Positions 1-9,867 of a stretch of 64,000 bases of DNA are shown here, in pieces (within the stretch, counting starts at the first letter, position 1; each line of letters starts with the position of its first letter). Made by a program: the position numbers and the translations under genes. The DNA is from an uncultured Gammaproteobacteria bacterium (GTDB lineage: Bacteria > Patescibacteriota > Patescibacteriia > 2-01-FULL-39-33). The stretch is from positions 3,709 through 67,708 of the forward strand of contig CAZNIV010000001.1 in the NCBI GenBank assembly GCA_964573235.1. The letters run 5' to 3'. Below the pieces are notes generated by a model. That model saw nothing but the letters and a program-made list of their open reading frames with translations, did not search any database and was not told the DNA's origin.

Positions 1-251
1 AATACAGTCTCTATTACATTGCCGTCATCTAAGGTAATTAGTGCCTTAAAGGTGCGACCATCAGCGGAAGCGAAAACCTTGCCATTAACCGTTAATGGGC
101 TTTCTTGATTCATTTTTTCTCTCAGTGGCAAAGAAAAAGTTAAAACATCGTTCCAATTGCCGGCTAATTGCTTATAAATTGCTTCATAAGCCTGTTTTAC
201 GCGATATTTTGGCTCATCCTTCAAAACTTCTGGCAAGTTACTAATCAACAT
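1..251 (-). CDS. rlmN: Partial CDS (N-terminal ~83 aa; gene continues beyond window start) of a 23S rRNA/tRNA m2A methyltransferase RlmN-like radical SAM enzyme
   Basis: Reverse translation from ATG at 251..249 gives MLISNLPEVLKDEPKYRVKQAYEAIYKQLAGNWNDVLTFSLPLREKMNQE...DGNVIETV, matching the RlmN N-terminal helical domain pattern (FRxxQ..W.Y....F.EMTNL.K.LR..L). The start is 3 nt after the upstream gene's stop. Confidence 0.5.
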   Translation of the reverse strand, partial: MLISNLPEVLKDEPKYRVKQAYEAIYKQLAGNWNDVLTFSLPLREKMNQESPLTVNGKVFASADGRTFKALITLDDGNVIETV

Positions 252-254
252 ATT

Positions 255-1037
255 TTATAAGCTATTAATAAAAATATAATGGAAAATAATTGCAGCCGAA
301 GCGGCAACATTTAATGATTCCATATCTTTAGTCATTTCAATCCGCACAAATTTACTAGCTTGCTCTTCAATTTTAGCATTAACCCCGTGAGTTTCTGAGC
401 CCAATACTAAACAAAAATCAGTTGGCATTTTCATTTTACCTAAATCCTCTGCTTGATTGGCACGCGCCACCATTACCGGCATTTTCTTTTTAATCTCTCC
501 AAAGATAGCTAAATCTTTATCGCGATTAAACTTAATTTTAAAAATCGCATCTTTAGCAGCTTGAACAGTTTTGGGATTATATAATTCCGCGCAACCTTCG
601 CCGAAAACAAAATTAGTCAAACCAAACGCGACACCGGAACGCAAAATTGTGCCTAAATTTCCCGGGTCGTTAATCGCATCTAAATAAACAATTTTATCAC
701 AATAATCTAAGCCTTCAGAAAACTTACTAAACACACCGGCAACGCCAGAACCACTTTCTAATTGCGTAAAATAATCATTTACTCTGTCATTGATGACATA
801 AATTTCTTCTAGACCGCAATTAGCTATAATATAATTTAGTTTATCACTTCCCTTTTGCATTAAATCTTCACGCACAAAAAGCATTTCTGGCTTAACGCCC
901 GATTTCATCGCATCATGAATGATAGTTAAATTTTCCACCAAAAACTGACCGTATTCATCACGGAATTTTTTATCGGCGATTTTTTTTACCCATCGCGCCT
1001 TTTCATTTTCACGACTAGTAATCAATAATTCTTCCAT
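255..1037 (-). CDS. TrmH/SpoU-family RNA 2'-O-methyltransferase (RlmB-like)
   Basis: 260-aa ORF with a SpoU-type C-terminal fold signature (LVLGSETHGV, NVAASAAIIF) and an N-terminal substrate-binding domain. Confidence 0.7.
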   Translation of the reverse strand: MEELLITSRENEKARWVKKIADKKFRDEYGQFLVENLTIIHDAMKSGVKPEMLFVREDLMQKGSDKLNYIIANCGLEEIYVINDRVNDYFTQLESGSGVAGVFSKFSEGLDYCDKIVYLDAINDPGNLGTILRSGVAFGLTNFVFGEGCAELYNPKTVQAAKDAIFKIKFNRDKDLAIFGEIKKKMPVMVARANQAEDLGKMKMPTDFCLVLGSETHGVNAKIEEQASKFVRIEMTKDMESLNVAASAAIIFHYIFINSL

Positions 1038-1038
1038 G

Positions 1039-2502
1039 CTAGATATCTCCTAAATTAATTTGCTGATCTAAGCGAATTTGCTTTACAAAATCTGGAATAT
1101 GACTAACCAAAATCATTGACCCTTCAAATTCATTAAGCGCTTTAGCAATTACTGGCAAATGACGGAAATTAATATGATTAGTCGGTTCATCCAACACTAA
1201 TAATCCGGGTTTCATCAAAACCAAACGAGCAAACATCAACAAGCCCTTTTGACCTTCAGACATAAATTTAATTTGATTACCCAATATTTTACCATCCAAC
1301 AAGAATCTTGAAGCCGTAGCACGCAAAACCTGCTCATCTTCTTTAGCCATTACTTCTTCTAGCGCCTCATAACCTGTTTGTTCAAAATCTAAAGTCGAAA
1401 AATCTTGACGATAATAACCGATACGCACCTCTGGTGATACCGATATTTCTTCGGCTTGACGGGTAGCTAATTTTTCTAAGAAAGTAGTTTTACCGATGCC
1501 ATTAGGACCAGCAATAAAAAAATGAATTCCTTTACGCAAAGCAATTTCTACTGGCTTTTCGCGCACTTCACCATTACGGTAAGCCTCCAATCTAGTAATT
1601 GTCGCTATGGTGCCACCAAAAAACGGATCAAATTCTTGGGCAGGAATAGTAAACTCTTTAATCGCCCGATCTTCTCGGCGAACATCTACTTTTTCTTCTT
1701 CATAATCCTCGGCCTGTTCACGCATTTTTTTAGCCAACGAACGCAAACGACCGCCCTTATGCGCAAAGAATTCCGATTTCTCTTTTAAGCTTTGAATATT
1801 TTTTTCCATTCGAGCGTTCTGCATGTTTTCACGCTCAATACGATTTTTAATTTCCTCTACTACATCATAATAATTACCAGTATACTGTTCAATCTTTTTA
1901 GTAAACACATCCAAATACAACACGCCATCAGTAAACATATTCAAAAATTCCGCATCATGAGAGATAACCAAGCACGTTTTATCATACATGATTAAAAATG
2001 TGGTCAAATGATCAATTGCGTCTTGGTCTAAATTATTAGTCGGTTCATCTAATAATAAAATATCCGGCTCTTGGATTAAGGCGTAAGCTAATAATAATTT
2101 GGCCTGCTGACCACCAGAAAGCTTATTGACCGTTTTATCTAAAGGCAAATCAGCATTCACCACTTCAAACACATCGGCGATTCTTTTATCTAAATTATAT
2201 ATCTTTTCATCAAAAGCGGTGGCAAAATATTCACGCACCGTTAGGGGCTTAAATTTTGGATCCATAATCTGCTTCGCGATAGCGATTTTGGCATCCTTAT
2301 CTGAAAAAACATTACCTGCCTTGGTCTTCAACTCACCCATAATCATTTTGAATAGGGTAGTTTTTCCCGAACCGTTTTGGCCCATTAAGGCAAATTTACT
2401 GCCATTACGCATCGAAAAACTAGCCTCATCTAACAGAGGTTTATTAAGTTCAAACTCAAAAGTGACTTCATCAAAACGCAAAACGACATTATCATTGGCC
2501 AT
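1039..2502 (-). CDS. ABC-F family ATPase (two tandem ABC domains, no TM domain)
   Basis: Two Walker A motifs (GQNGSGKTT, GPNGIGKTT), two ABC signatures (LSGGQQ, MSEGQKG), and a charged inter-domain linker. Confidence 0.8.
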   Translation of the reverse strand: MANDNVVLRFDEVTFEFELNKPLLDEASFSMRNGSKFALMGQNGSGKTTLFKMIMGELKTKAGNVFSDKDAKIAIAKQIMDPKFKPLTVREYFATAFDEKIYNLDKRIADVFEVVNADLPLDKTVNKLSGGQQAKLLLAYALIQEPDILLLDEPTNNLDQDAIDHLTTFLIMYDKTCLVISHDAEFLNMFTDGVLYLDVFTKKIEQYTGNYYDVVEEIKNRIERENMQNARMEKNIQSLKEKSEFFAHKGGRLRSLAKKMREQAEDYEEEKVDVRREDRAIKEFTIPAQEFDPFFGGTIATITRLEAYRNGEVREKPVEIALRKGIHFFIAGPNGIGKTTFLEKLATRQAEEISVSPEVRIGYYRQDFSTLDFEQTGYEALEEVMAKEDEQVLRATASRFLLDGKILGNQIKFMSEGQKGLLMFARLVLMKPGLLVLDEPTNHINFRHLPVIAKALNEFEGSMILVSHIPDFVKQIRLDQQINLGDI

Positions 2503-2629
2503 AGACGCTTAAACTGGTTATTTCAAAGCTATTAAAAATAGGTTTTTATTATAGCACAAAAGAGAGGATTTTTCAAGAGCAAAAAAGCCCCACCAGTGGC
2601 AGAGCTTTTACAACCTGATCGAAAATCTT

Positions 2630-3094
2630 TTAAGCAATTTTAGTAATCTTACACTTTAGAGTTCCAGCTGGAACTTTCAACTCAAATTCGGTACCAATCA
2701 TTTTACCCATAAAAGCGCGACCCAATGGCGACTCATGAGAAATTTTACCATTCATTGGATCAGCCTCACTCGGACCAACGACAGTATAAGAAATTTTTGA
2801 GCCATTATCACAAGCCGCATGAACCGTAGAACCAATAGATACAATACTATTAGTTCTTTCATTGCCAGTAACAATAATCGCATTTTTGATTAAATTTTCC
2901 AATTCCTGAATTCTACCCTCAATAAAGCTTTGATCTTCTCTAGCTTCGTGGTATTCAGCATTTTCGGATAAATCGCCTAATTCTCTAGCAGCCGCAATTC
3001 TTTCAATTACCTCTGGTCGTTTAACTGCAATTAATTCTTTTAATTCCGCTTGCGCTTTTTCTAATCCCTCAGGAGAAACGTAGTTTTCTTTCAT
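2630..3094 (-). CDS. greA: Transcription elongation factor GreA
   Basis: 154 aa with an N-terminal coiled coil (ELGDLSENAEYHEAREDQ) and a C-terminal FKBP-like domain. Confidence 0.85.
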   Translation of the reverse strand: MKENYVSPEGLEKAQAELKELIAVKRPEVIERIAAARELGDLSENAEYHEAREDQSFIEGRIQELENLIKNAIIVTGNERTNSIVSIGSTVHAACDNGSKISYTVVGPSEADPMNGKISHESPLGRAFMGKMIGTEFELKVPAGTLKCKITKIA

Positions 3095-3166
3095 AATAGT
3101 ATTTTAAATCTTATTTTTTAAAACATAAATAGAATAATACACTCTCACCCATCTGTCAATGGCTAA

Positions 3167-5077
3167 TTATTTTTTGCCATTAAACCAGTAGTTCATAATA
3201 TCTTTAGCGATTGGCACTGCGATCACATCACCACCACCACCCTCTTCTACTAATACCGTGATGGAAAAAGTTGGATTTTCAAATGGCGCATAAGCATTAA
3301 ACCAAGCATGATAAGCCTTGCTACTATTCCACTGAGCCGTACCGGTTTTACCCGCAGAAGTAACTGGTAAACTAGCTAGGGCTCGACCAGAACCGGCTAA
3401 TACCGTTTGACGCATCGCATCTTGCACAAATTTAATATTTTTTTTATCCACCATGCCTTCACGAATAACTTCTATTGGCATTTCTTTTTTGGTGCCATCA
3501 GCATTAATAATGGTCTTTACCAAATGCGGACGAATTAATTTTCCGCCATTAGCAACTGTTGAGTTATAAGCATTAACTTGTAGCGGTGTTACCAATAAAC
3601 CACCCTGACCAATTGATAAATGATAAGTATCGCCAATATACCAAGGTTCACCAGAAGTTTTCTTTTTCCATTCTTCATCTGGCACCAAACCCTTACTCTC
3701 ACCCGGTAAATCAATACCCAAACGCTCACCTAAGCCAAATAATCTAAGATACTTATCTATTCTTTCTAGTCCCAAACCTTTAAAATCGCCATAGCCACCG
3801 CCAATATAATAAAAATAGGTATTTACCGACATGGCAATAGCGCGATACAAATTAGTCACTCCATGACCTCCAGCAAGCCAGTCAGGAAAGGTCCAAGAGC
3901 CCACATGAATGCCTCCTGTGCTCAAAAAACTAGTTTGTGGAGTTACTACCCCCTCTTGCAGTGCCGCGGCTGCCATGACCATTTTAACCGTTGAGCCAGA
4001 GGGATACTCACCAGAAACCGAGCGACTAAATAATGGCTTCTTTTCATCGTTTAATAAGGCTTTATAATCTGCTAAACTAATTCCAGTTGTAAATAAATTA
4101 TTATCATAAGATGGGTAATCCACCAGTGCTAATATTTCGCCATTTTGAGGATTAGAAATCACTATTGCCGCCGTTTTTTTTCCTTGCAATCTTTTTTCTA
4201 AAGTCCGATAAGCAAACTCCTGCAAATCTACATCAATACTTAACTGAATATCTGATCCGGGCACAAATGGCACCTGCGACACAATTTTTCTTTCACGCCC
4301 CAAAGCATCTACTTCTACCATTTTTTTACCATGTTGGCCTTTCAAATCTTGTTCGTAATATCTCTCTAGACCCGTCTTACCAATACCATCTGTTAATAAA
4401 TATTGCCCCGGATTTTTTTCATATTCAGCCGTATTCACCTTGCCCACATAACCCATAATATGCGAAGTTTCTTTACTATATAAATAATTACGCCAAGAAT
4501 CCACCTCCAAATCTACTCCCGGCAAATCGGCACTCATAATTTTTAACGCCATCGCCTGTTCGTAAGGAATACCCGTTTTAATCGTAATCGGTTCAAAATA
4601 ATATTTATCAGCACCTTTGATTTGTTCCTCCACATCTGAAACCTGTAATCCAAAAACCGTGGCTATCTTATCTAAAACCGCCTGCCTTTGCTGTTGCTCT
4701 TTTGGTAATCCAGCCTGAGTAATGAATAAAGAAAAACCGGAAACATTTTGCACTAACGGCTTACCATTACGATCAAGAATAATGCCGCGATTCGCCTTAA
4801 CATACTCGGTACGCAAGCGATTACTTTCTGCCTGACTAAAATAAGTATCGCCCTTAATAATTTGCAAATAAAAAGTTTTCCCCAATAATAACACTAAGGC
4901 TAACATCAACAAGGCAATAAAAATTATTGCTCTAGTCTTAGTTAACGATAAGCTCAAATAAGATGAGGAGTGAAATGAAGCGCCATCAGAATTAAAAGAG
5001 CTTTCCACCCACGCCAAATTACTTTTAGCTTTTAAATCTATATCATCAGAAATAAAAAATGGTCCTTCTCTTCTCAT
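3167..5077 (-). CDS. mrdA: Penicillin-binding protein 2 (peptidoglycan D,D-transpeptidase, elongasome)
   Basis: N-terminal TM segment; SxxK (STVK), SxN (SVN) and KTG (KTGTA) motifs; located downstream of mreBCD. Confidence 0.85.
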   Translation of the reverse strand: MRREGPFFISDDIDLKAKSNLAWVESSFNSDGASFHSSSYLSLSLTKTRAIIFIALLMLALVLLLGKTFYLQIIKGDTYFSQAESNRLRTEYVKANRGIILDRNGKPLVQNVSGFSLFITQAGLPKEQQQRQAVLDKIATVFGLQVSDVEEQIKGADKYYFEPITIKTGIPYEQAMALKIMSADLPGVDLEVDSWRNYLYSKETSHIMGYVGKVNTAEYEKNPGQYLLTDGIGKTGLERYYEQDLKGQHGKKMVEVDALGRERKIVSQVPFVPGSDIQLSIDVDLQEFAYRTLEKRLQGKKTAAIVISNPQNGEILALVDYPSYDNNLFTTGISLADYKALLNDEKKPLFSRSVSGEYPSGSTVKMVMAAAALQEGVVTPQTSFLSTGGIHVGSWTFPDWLAGGHGVTNLYRAIAMSVNTYFYYIGGGYGDFKGLGLERIDKYLRLFGLGERLGIDLPGESKGLVPDEEWKKKTSGEPWYIGDTYHLSIGQGGLLVTPLQVNAYNSTVANGGKLIRPHLVKTIINADGTKKEMPIEVIREGMVDKKNIKFVQDAMRQTVLAGSGRALASLPVTSAGKTGTAQWNSSKAYHAWFNAYAPFENPTFSITVLVEEGGGGDVIAVPIAKDIMNYWFNGKK

Positions 5078-5613
5078 GATTGGATAAATATTGGCTTAAA
5101 ACTTCTGGTATGTCGATTAATAAAATAAAAAACCACTAACAATAAAAGCGTACTAGTAATTGCTTGGCCAATCGTATCCGCTAACCAAGCTCTGGCTGAA
5201 AAAAAATCACTTAAGCGCAGCAAATAAAATAAACCCGAAGTGGCCAAAAAAAGTAAATTATAAACAACAGCCCCAATTAATCCTAGCGACAACAAAGAAT
5301 ACATTGAGCGATTCGTAAAAAAATTATGGTGCAATAAGGCTAAAATCATAGCCGTAGAAAAATAAACCAACATAAAAAAACCAAACGGCAAATTAGAATA
5401 AATATCAGCCAAAAAACCTAACCATAAACCCACCAACAAGCCAGCACTATAATCAAATAAATTTACCGTCAAAATTATCAAACATAAAACTAAATTAAGA
5501 TAATGCCAAAAACCTCCTAAATTAGAAAAAAAAGACATCTGTAAATGAAAAATAATCGTTACTACGGCTAACGAAAAAAATACTCGCCAAATTTTGCGAT
5601 GATTTTCTTGCAT
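5074..5613 (-). CDS. mreD: Rod shape-determining protein MreD-like polytopic membrane protein
   Basis: 179 aa, strongly hydrophobic; sits in the canonical position between mreC and PBP2. Confidence 0.5.
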   Translation of the reverse strand: MQENHRKIWRVFFSLAVVTIIFHLQMSFFSNLGGFWHYLNLVLCLIILTVNLFDYSAGLLVGLWLGFLADIYSNLPFGFFMLVYFSTAMILALLHHNFFTNRSMYSLLSLGLIGAVVYNLLFLATSGLFYLLRLSDFFSARAWLADTIGQAITSTLLLLVVFYFINRHTRSFKPIFIQS

Positions 5614-5614
5614 A

Positions 5615-6409
5615 TTAAGGAATAATAACCGTTACATAACTTAAATTATCAAAAGAGACGATCGGCTTAAGTGTTGCGGTTTTAAAAATTTCGCTTTCCA
5701 CCTGAGATATACCATCAATCACTGCTACTAATAAATTTTTAGGAATGTTTCCTTCTAATCCTGAGGTTACCACTAAATCCCCTTCTCGAACATCTTGATC
5801 TTGAGGCACATTAGTCATAGAAAAACTCAAACCAAACTGACCCTCTGCTAAACCAACAGTTTGGGTTAAATTTTGTACGGTCACTGCTACTTTACTTTTA
5901 TTATCCGTTAACAATAATACCTTACTGTAGTCAGGATAAACGTCGTAAATTTTGCCAATCAAAACACCATCATCCACCACTACCGCCAACCCTTTAACAA
6001 CCCCATCATTAGTGCCACGATTAATAACTACTGACTTAGAAATATTATCCGAAACACCTGTAATAATTTTAGCGGAAACAAATTTAATTTTGTTCGTCTG
6101 CACAAAATTTAGCTCTTTTTTTAATAACGCATTTTCTTCAGATAAACCATTCAATTTAGTGGTATCCAATTGATAACGCTTAAGCTGTTCTTGCAAATCA
6201 CCATTTTCTTTTAACAAATCACGCTTAGTTACCCAATCACTAATAAAATTTTTAGTTTCATAAGAAGTGACATACATTAAGCGCTGAACTGGCGAAGTAG
6301 CCCAAATAAAAAAATTCTCCACCGGCCTAAACCAGCCTATGTAGTGTAAAGCGACACTCAATATCATTGCCACTAAACCAAAAATGGCCAATTTAAATGC
6401 CTTATTCAT
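5615..6409 (-). CDS. mreC: Rod shape-determining protein MreC
   Basis: N-terminal TM segment, a coiled coil, and a C-terminal beta-rich domain; immediately downstream of mreB. Confidence 0.7.
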   Translation of the reverse strand: MNKAFKLAIFGLVAMILSVALHYIGWFRPVENFFIWATSPVQRLMYVTSYETKNFISDWVTKRDLLKENGDLQEQLKRYQLDTTKLNGLSEENALLKKELNFVQTNKIKFVSAKIITGVSDNISKSVVINRGTNDGVVKGLAVVVDDGVLIGKIYDVYPDYSKVLLLTDNKSKVAVTVQNLTQTVGLAEGQFGLSFSMTNVPQDQDVREGDLVVTSGLEGNIPKNLLVAVIDGISQVESEIFKTATLKPIVSFDNLSYVTVIIP

Positions 6410-6429
6410 AGCAGAAATTTTTATAATTC

Positions 6430-7467
6430 TTATTGGGCGGAAGGGATAGAAATATCATTCAAAAGCGCCTCATCTTCTAAAATAACGCCCATACCGCGCA
6501 CCACGCAAGTTTGAGGGTCATCCGCAATGTGCACTGGTATTTGAATGGCGTTAGCAATAAAACGATCCACGCCTTTTAATAACGAGGTGCCACCGGTTAA
6601 AATAACGCCTTTCTGATAAATATCCGCCACCAATTCCGGAGGGGTGGTTTCTAGAGTGGATTTAATCGCATCTACGATCTGACGCACTGATTTATTAATA
6701 GATTGTTGAATCTGAACAGAATTAACATGAACTTCTCTTGGCAAACCACTCAAAATATCACGACCACGCATTTCTATTTCCATCACTTCTTTCAAATCAA
6801 CAGCTGAACCAATTTTCTTTTTAATGTCTTCCGCTACCATTTCACCCAAAACCAAACTAAATTCTTCTCGCGCAAAACGAACAATATCATGATTGAGAGT
6901 TTGACCAGCTACCTTAGAAACTTTCCAATTAACAATGCCATTTAAAGAAATTACCGCAACTTCGGTTAAGCCACCGCCTAAATTAACTACCATATTACCG
7001 CTTGGATCTTGAATAGGAATACGAGCACCAATCGCTGCAGCCATGATATTTTCTACTAAGTAAACTTGCTTAGCGCCAGCCGATAACACCACATCTTCTA
7101 CGGCTTTTTTTTCTACCTCGGTTACATCTAATGGAATACCCACAATAACCCTAGGCTTACCACCAAAAGAAAATTTTTCTGACTGCACTTTTTCAAAAAA
7201 ATATTTAAGCATTTTTTCGGCCACTTCAAAATTAGAAATGACGCCATGCACCAACGGTGAATCAGCTTCAATATGAGGCGGGGTTTTACCCAACATGCGC
7301 CTAGCATCATCACCAACGGCTAAAATTTGGTCGGTGCGATGATTAATCGCTACCACTGATGATTCACTAACTACAATGCCACGATCCCGTTTAAAAATCG
7401 TGGTTTTAGTCGTACCCAAATCCACGCCCAAGTCATGATTAAATTTTCCAAAAAACTTTTTAAACAT
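6430..7467 (-). CDS. mreB: Actin-like rod shape protein MreB (paralog 1)
   Basis: GVDLGTTKT phosphate-1 motif and NLGGGLTEVAVISLNG; full-length homology to MreB. Confidence 0.85.
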   Translation of the reverse strand: MFKKFFGKFNHDLGVDLGTTKTTIFKRDRGIVVSESSVVAINHRTDQILAVGDDARRMLGKTPPHIEADSPLVHGVISNFEVAEKMLKYFFEKVQSEKFSFGGKPRVIVGIPLDVTEVEKKAVEDVVLSAGAKQVYLVENIMAAAIGARIPIQDPSGNMVVNLGGGLTEVAVISLNGIVNWKVSKVAGQTLNHDIVRFAREEFSLVLGEMVAEDIKKKIGSAVDLKEVMEIEMRGRDILSGLPREVHVNSVQIQQSINKSVRQIVDAIKSTLETTPPELVADIYQKGVILTGGTSLLKGVDRFIANAIQIPVHIADDPQTCVVRGMGVILEDEALLNDISIPSAQ

Positions 7468-7754
7468 AAATTATAATCCTTCCAACCAATAACTAGCCAG
7501 AGCTCATTCATTAATTCTCTTATCGATTATAAAGTTTTTAATTTTGAGCGAAAATTACAGATTTTGAGAAGGCATATTAAGATATGTCGACGAAAAATAT
7601 GAAATTTGCAGCCAAAATTTAAAACTTTTAATGATATACGGAATTAGTGAATGAACTATTGTTACACATAAATTAACAGAAAAACCGAAAAAAAACAACC
7701 AGTCATTAGCCCTTGATTATTTAATATTATAATATAACATAAATAACGCCATTT

Positions 7755-8123
7755 TTAGCCAAAAATATTGGACCAGAATCCCTTTTCCTCTTTTTCGTCT
7801 TTTTGACGATTTTCTTCTTTGGCTGTCTCATCATCAGTCATTAATTCAGCCAAGACGCCCAAAATACGGTCTACTTCGTTTTCTACTGTTTCTCCGTCAT
7901 ATTCGCCACTATGCGCCGTAATACCATCATATATGGCTTTTTTTTGATCCAAATGTAAGTTAATTACATTATTAGTAATATATACATGAAAACGCGGATA
8001 AAAATTGCTCCCCATAGTTCTGGCATAACTAACTATTCCCTCTTTATTAGGTGGCAATTGACCATAGCCACTCTTGCGAATAAGGCTAATAGCAGAAATT
8101 TTTTGCTCAACAGGAATTTTCAT
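7755..8123 (-). CDS. Hypothetical protein (function unknown)
   Basis: The track ORF is 7755..8156. The likely true start is the internal Met (MKIPVEQ...), whose ATG overlaps the rseP stop, suggesting translational coupling. Acidic C-terminus; no recognisable family. Confidence 0.4.
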   Translation of the reverse strand: MKIPVEQKISAISLIRKSGYGQLPPNKEGIVSYARTMGSNFYPRFHVYITNNVINLHLDQKKAIYDGITAHSGEYDGETVENEVDRILGVLAELMTDDETAKEENRQKDEKEEKGFWSNIFG

Positions 8124-9277
8124 TATAAACCAACCAAGTGTTTTAAACCACCCCAAATACGACCACCATATTTAACCAAGTCACTACATGTAATTATTAC
8201 CACTAAACCCATAATCAAGATAAAACCAATATTATGCGCCATATTTTCCCATTGCTGTTTCATCGCCTTGCCTCTTAATTTTTCTATTATTAAGAAGAGA
8301 ATGCGACCGCCATCTAAGGCTGGCAACGGCAAAATATTAATGACCGCCAAATTCAGCGATAACATCGCCATAAACTGCAATAAATAAATCAATCCTAATT
8401 TAGTTACCTGACCGGTAATAACGGCAATACCAACTGGACCGGCTACATCAGCCGAAACCGAAACCCCGGTAACTAACTTTTTAAACAAATCAAATAAAGC
8501 CGTAAAAATAGCACCAGTTAATACAACTGTGGTTTTCGCACCTTCCCAAATAGCTCGATACCATGGATATTTAACCACGGCAGTGTGTGCCAAATCAACA
8601 CCAATACCAGCGCGACCACCTACATCTTTAACTTCAACTGAAAAGGTTTTTTCTTCAACATCACGCTTAACACTAATTTGTACGCTTTGATCTTTCTTAT
8701 TTACCAAATAATCCCTTAGCATTTGAACGCCGGTGATTTTTTGACCATCAACAAATAATAACTCATCACCCGACTTAATGCCTGCTTTTTCGGCGCCAAA
8801 GCCGGCTACGGCTTGTAAAATTTGCACCTTTTCCTCTTTTAAATATTTACTATCAACCGTTCCATCAACCATCATTGGGGTGCCAACGCCATAACCAATA
8901 GATAATAAAGTAACGCACAACAACACGTTCATAATCACACCTGCAGCCAAAATAACGATCCGTTGCCAAATTGGCTTAGCTGCAAAGCTATCCGCATCTG
9001 GCTTATCTTGACCGTTTTCCCCTTTAATTTTTACAAAACCGCCAATTGGAATCCAATTTAAAGAATATACGATGGTTTTTTCTTCTGGGTTTTTATTACC
9101 CCAAATAAAGCGCCATTTGCCATTAACTTTATAAACCCCACCAATACGCGGTGGTAAACCAAAGCCAAATTCATCAACGCCAGTGCCAAATTTTAGCGCC
9201 GTCCAAAAATGACCAAGCTCATGAACAAAAACGAGCACTGACAATACGAGAAAAAATATTATAATAGTGATAATCAT
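8123..9277 (-). CDS. rseP: RseP-type site-2 protease (M50 zinc metalloprotease with PDZ domain)
   Basis: HELGHF (HExxH) in TM1, a PDZ segment, and C-terminal TM segments. Confidence 0.85.
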   Translation of the reverse strand: MIITIIIFFLVLSVLVFVHELGHFWTALKFGTGVDEFGFGLPPRIGGVYKVNGKWRFIWGNKNPEEKTIVYSLNWIPIGGFVKIKGENGQDKPDADSFAAKPIWQRIVILAAGVIMNVLLCVTLLSIGYGVGTPMMVDGTVDSKYLKEEKVQILQAVAGFGAEKAGIKSGDELLFVDGQKITGVQMLRDYLVNKKDQSVQISVKRDVEEKTFSVEVKDVGGRAGIGVDLAHTAVVKYPWYRAIWEGAKTTVVLTGAIFTALFDLFKKLVTGVSVSADVAGPVGIAVITGQVTKLGLIYLLQFMAMLSLNLAVINILPLPALDGGRILFLIIEKLRGKAMKQQWENMAHNIGFILIMGLVVIITCSDLVKYGGRIWGGLKHLVGL

Positions 9278-9280
9278 GCC

Positions 9281-9832
9281 TTAAATAGTCATTACTTCTT
9301 TTTCTTTTTCTTCACCGATTTTTTTAATCAGATCATTGAACTCCGAAGTTTTTTTATCCAATTCTTCAAATGACTGGAATTTTAAATCCTCGCTAATTTC
9401 TTTTTCTTTTTCCGCGCGCGTAATTTCAGTTCTAATTTCATCTCTTACCTTACGCAAAGCAATTCTCGCCTCTTCCATTTTCTGATGAAGAACCTTAACT
9501 ACCGCTTTACGATTTTCTTCAGTCATCATTGGTAAACTAATACGAATTTTTTCACCTTCATTGACTGGTGATAAGTTCAAATCACTTTCACGAATAGCTG
9601 TTTCAATATTTTTTAAAACAGATTTATCCCAAGGTTGAATTAAAATACAACGAGCCTCAGGCACAGAAATCGAACCCAACTGATTAAGTGGTGTTCTAGC
9701 GCCATAAGCTTCAACTTGAATATTATCCAAAATACTTGGATTAGCCCGACCCGTCTTTAAGGTGCTAATATCGTTTTTAAAATGCTCAATTGCCTTAGTA
9801 AATAAACCTGCATGATCAGTTAAAATACTCAT
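9281..9832 (-). CDS. frr: Ribosome recycling factor
   Basis: 183 aa; full-length Frr-like sequence (ISVPEARCILIQPWD..., C-terminal charged helix). Confidence 0.85.
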   Translation of the reverse strand: MSILTDHAGLFTKAIEHFKNDISTLKTGRANPSILDNIQVEAYGARTPLNQLGSISVPEARCILIQPWDKSVLKNIETAIRESDLNLSPVNEGEKIRISLPMMTEENRKAVVKVLHQKMEEARIALRKVRDEIRTEITRAEKEKEISEDLKFQSFEELDKKTSEFNDLIKKIGEEKEKEVMTI

Positions 9833-9867
9833 AAATTTTCAATTATTTCTAAACCTTACTTAATTAA

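Noticed and set aside
1522-1995. Plus-strand ORFs (88 and 67 aa) inside the ABC-F gene. Other antisense ORFs are similar, for example 4165..4458, 13274..13765, 20208..20546, 41932..42246, 43454..43699 and 63078..63689.
   Set aside because: They are fully embedded antisense to long, well-supported CDSs with clear family motifs. Their low-complexity or hydrophobic translations are typical of shadow ORFs in AT-rich DNA.
2581-2615. Possible terminator hairpin (GCCCCACCAGTGGC) downstream of greA
   Set aside because: The stem is only 3-4 bp with a 2-4 nt loop. A T-run exists on the minus strand, but the structure is too weak to call.
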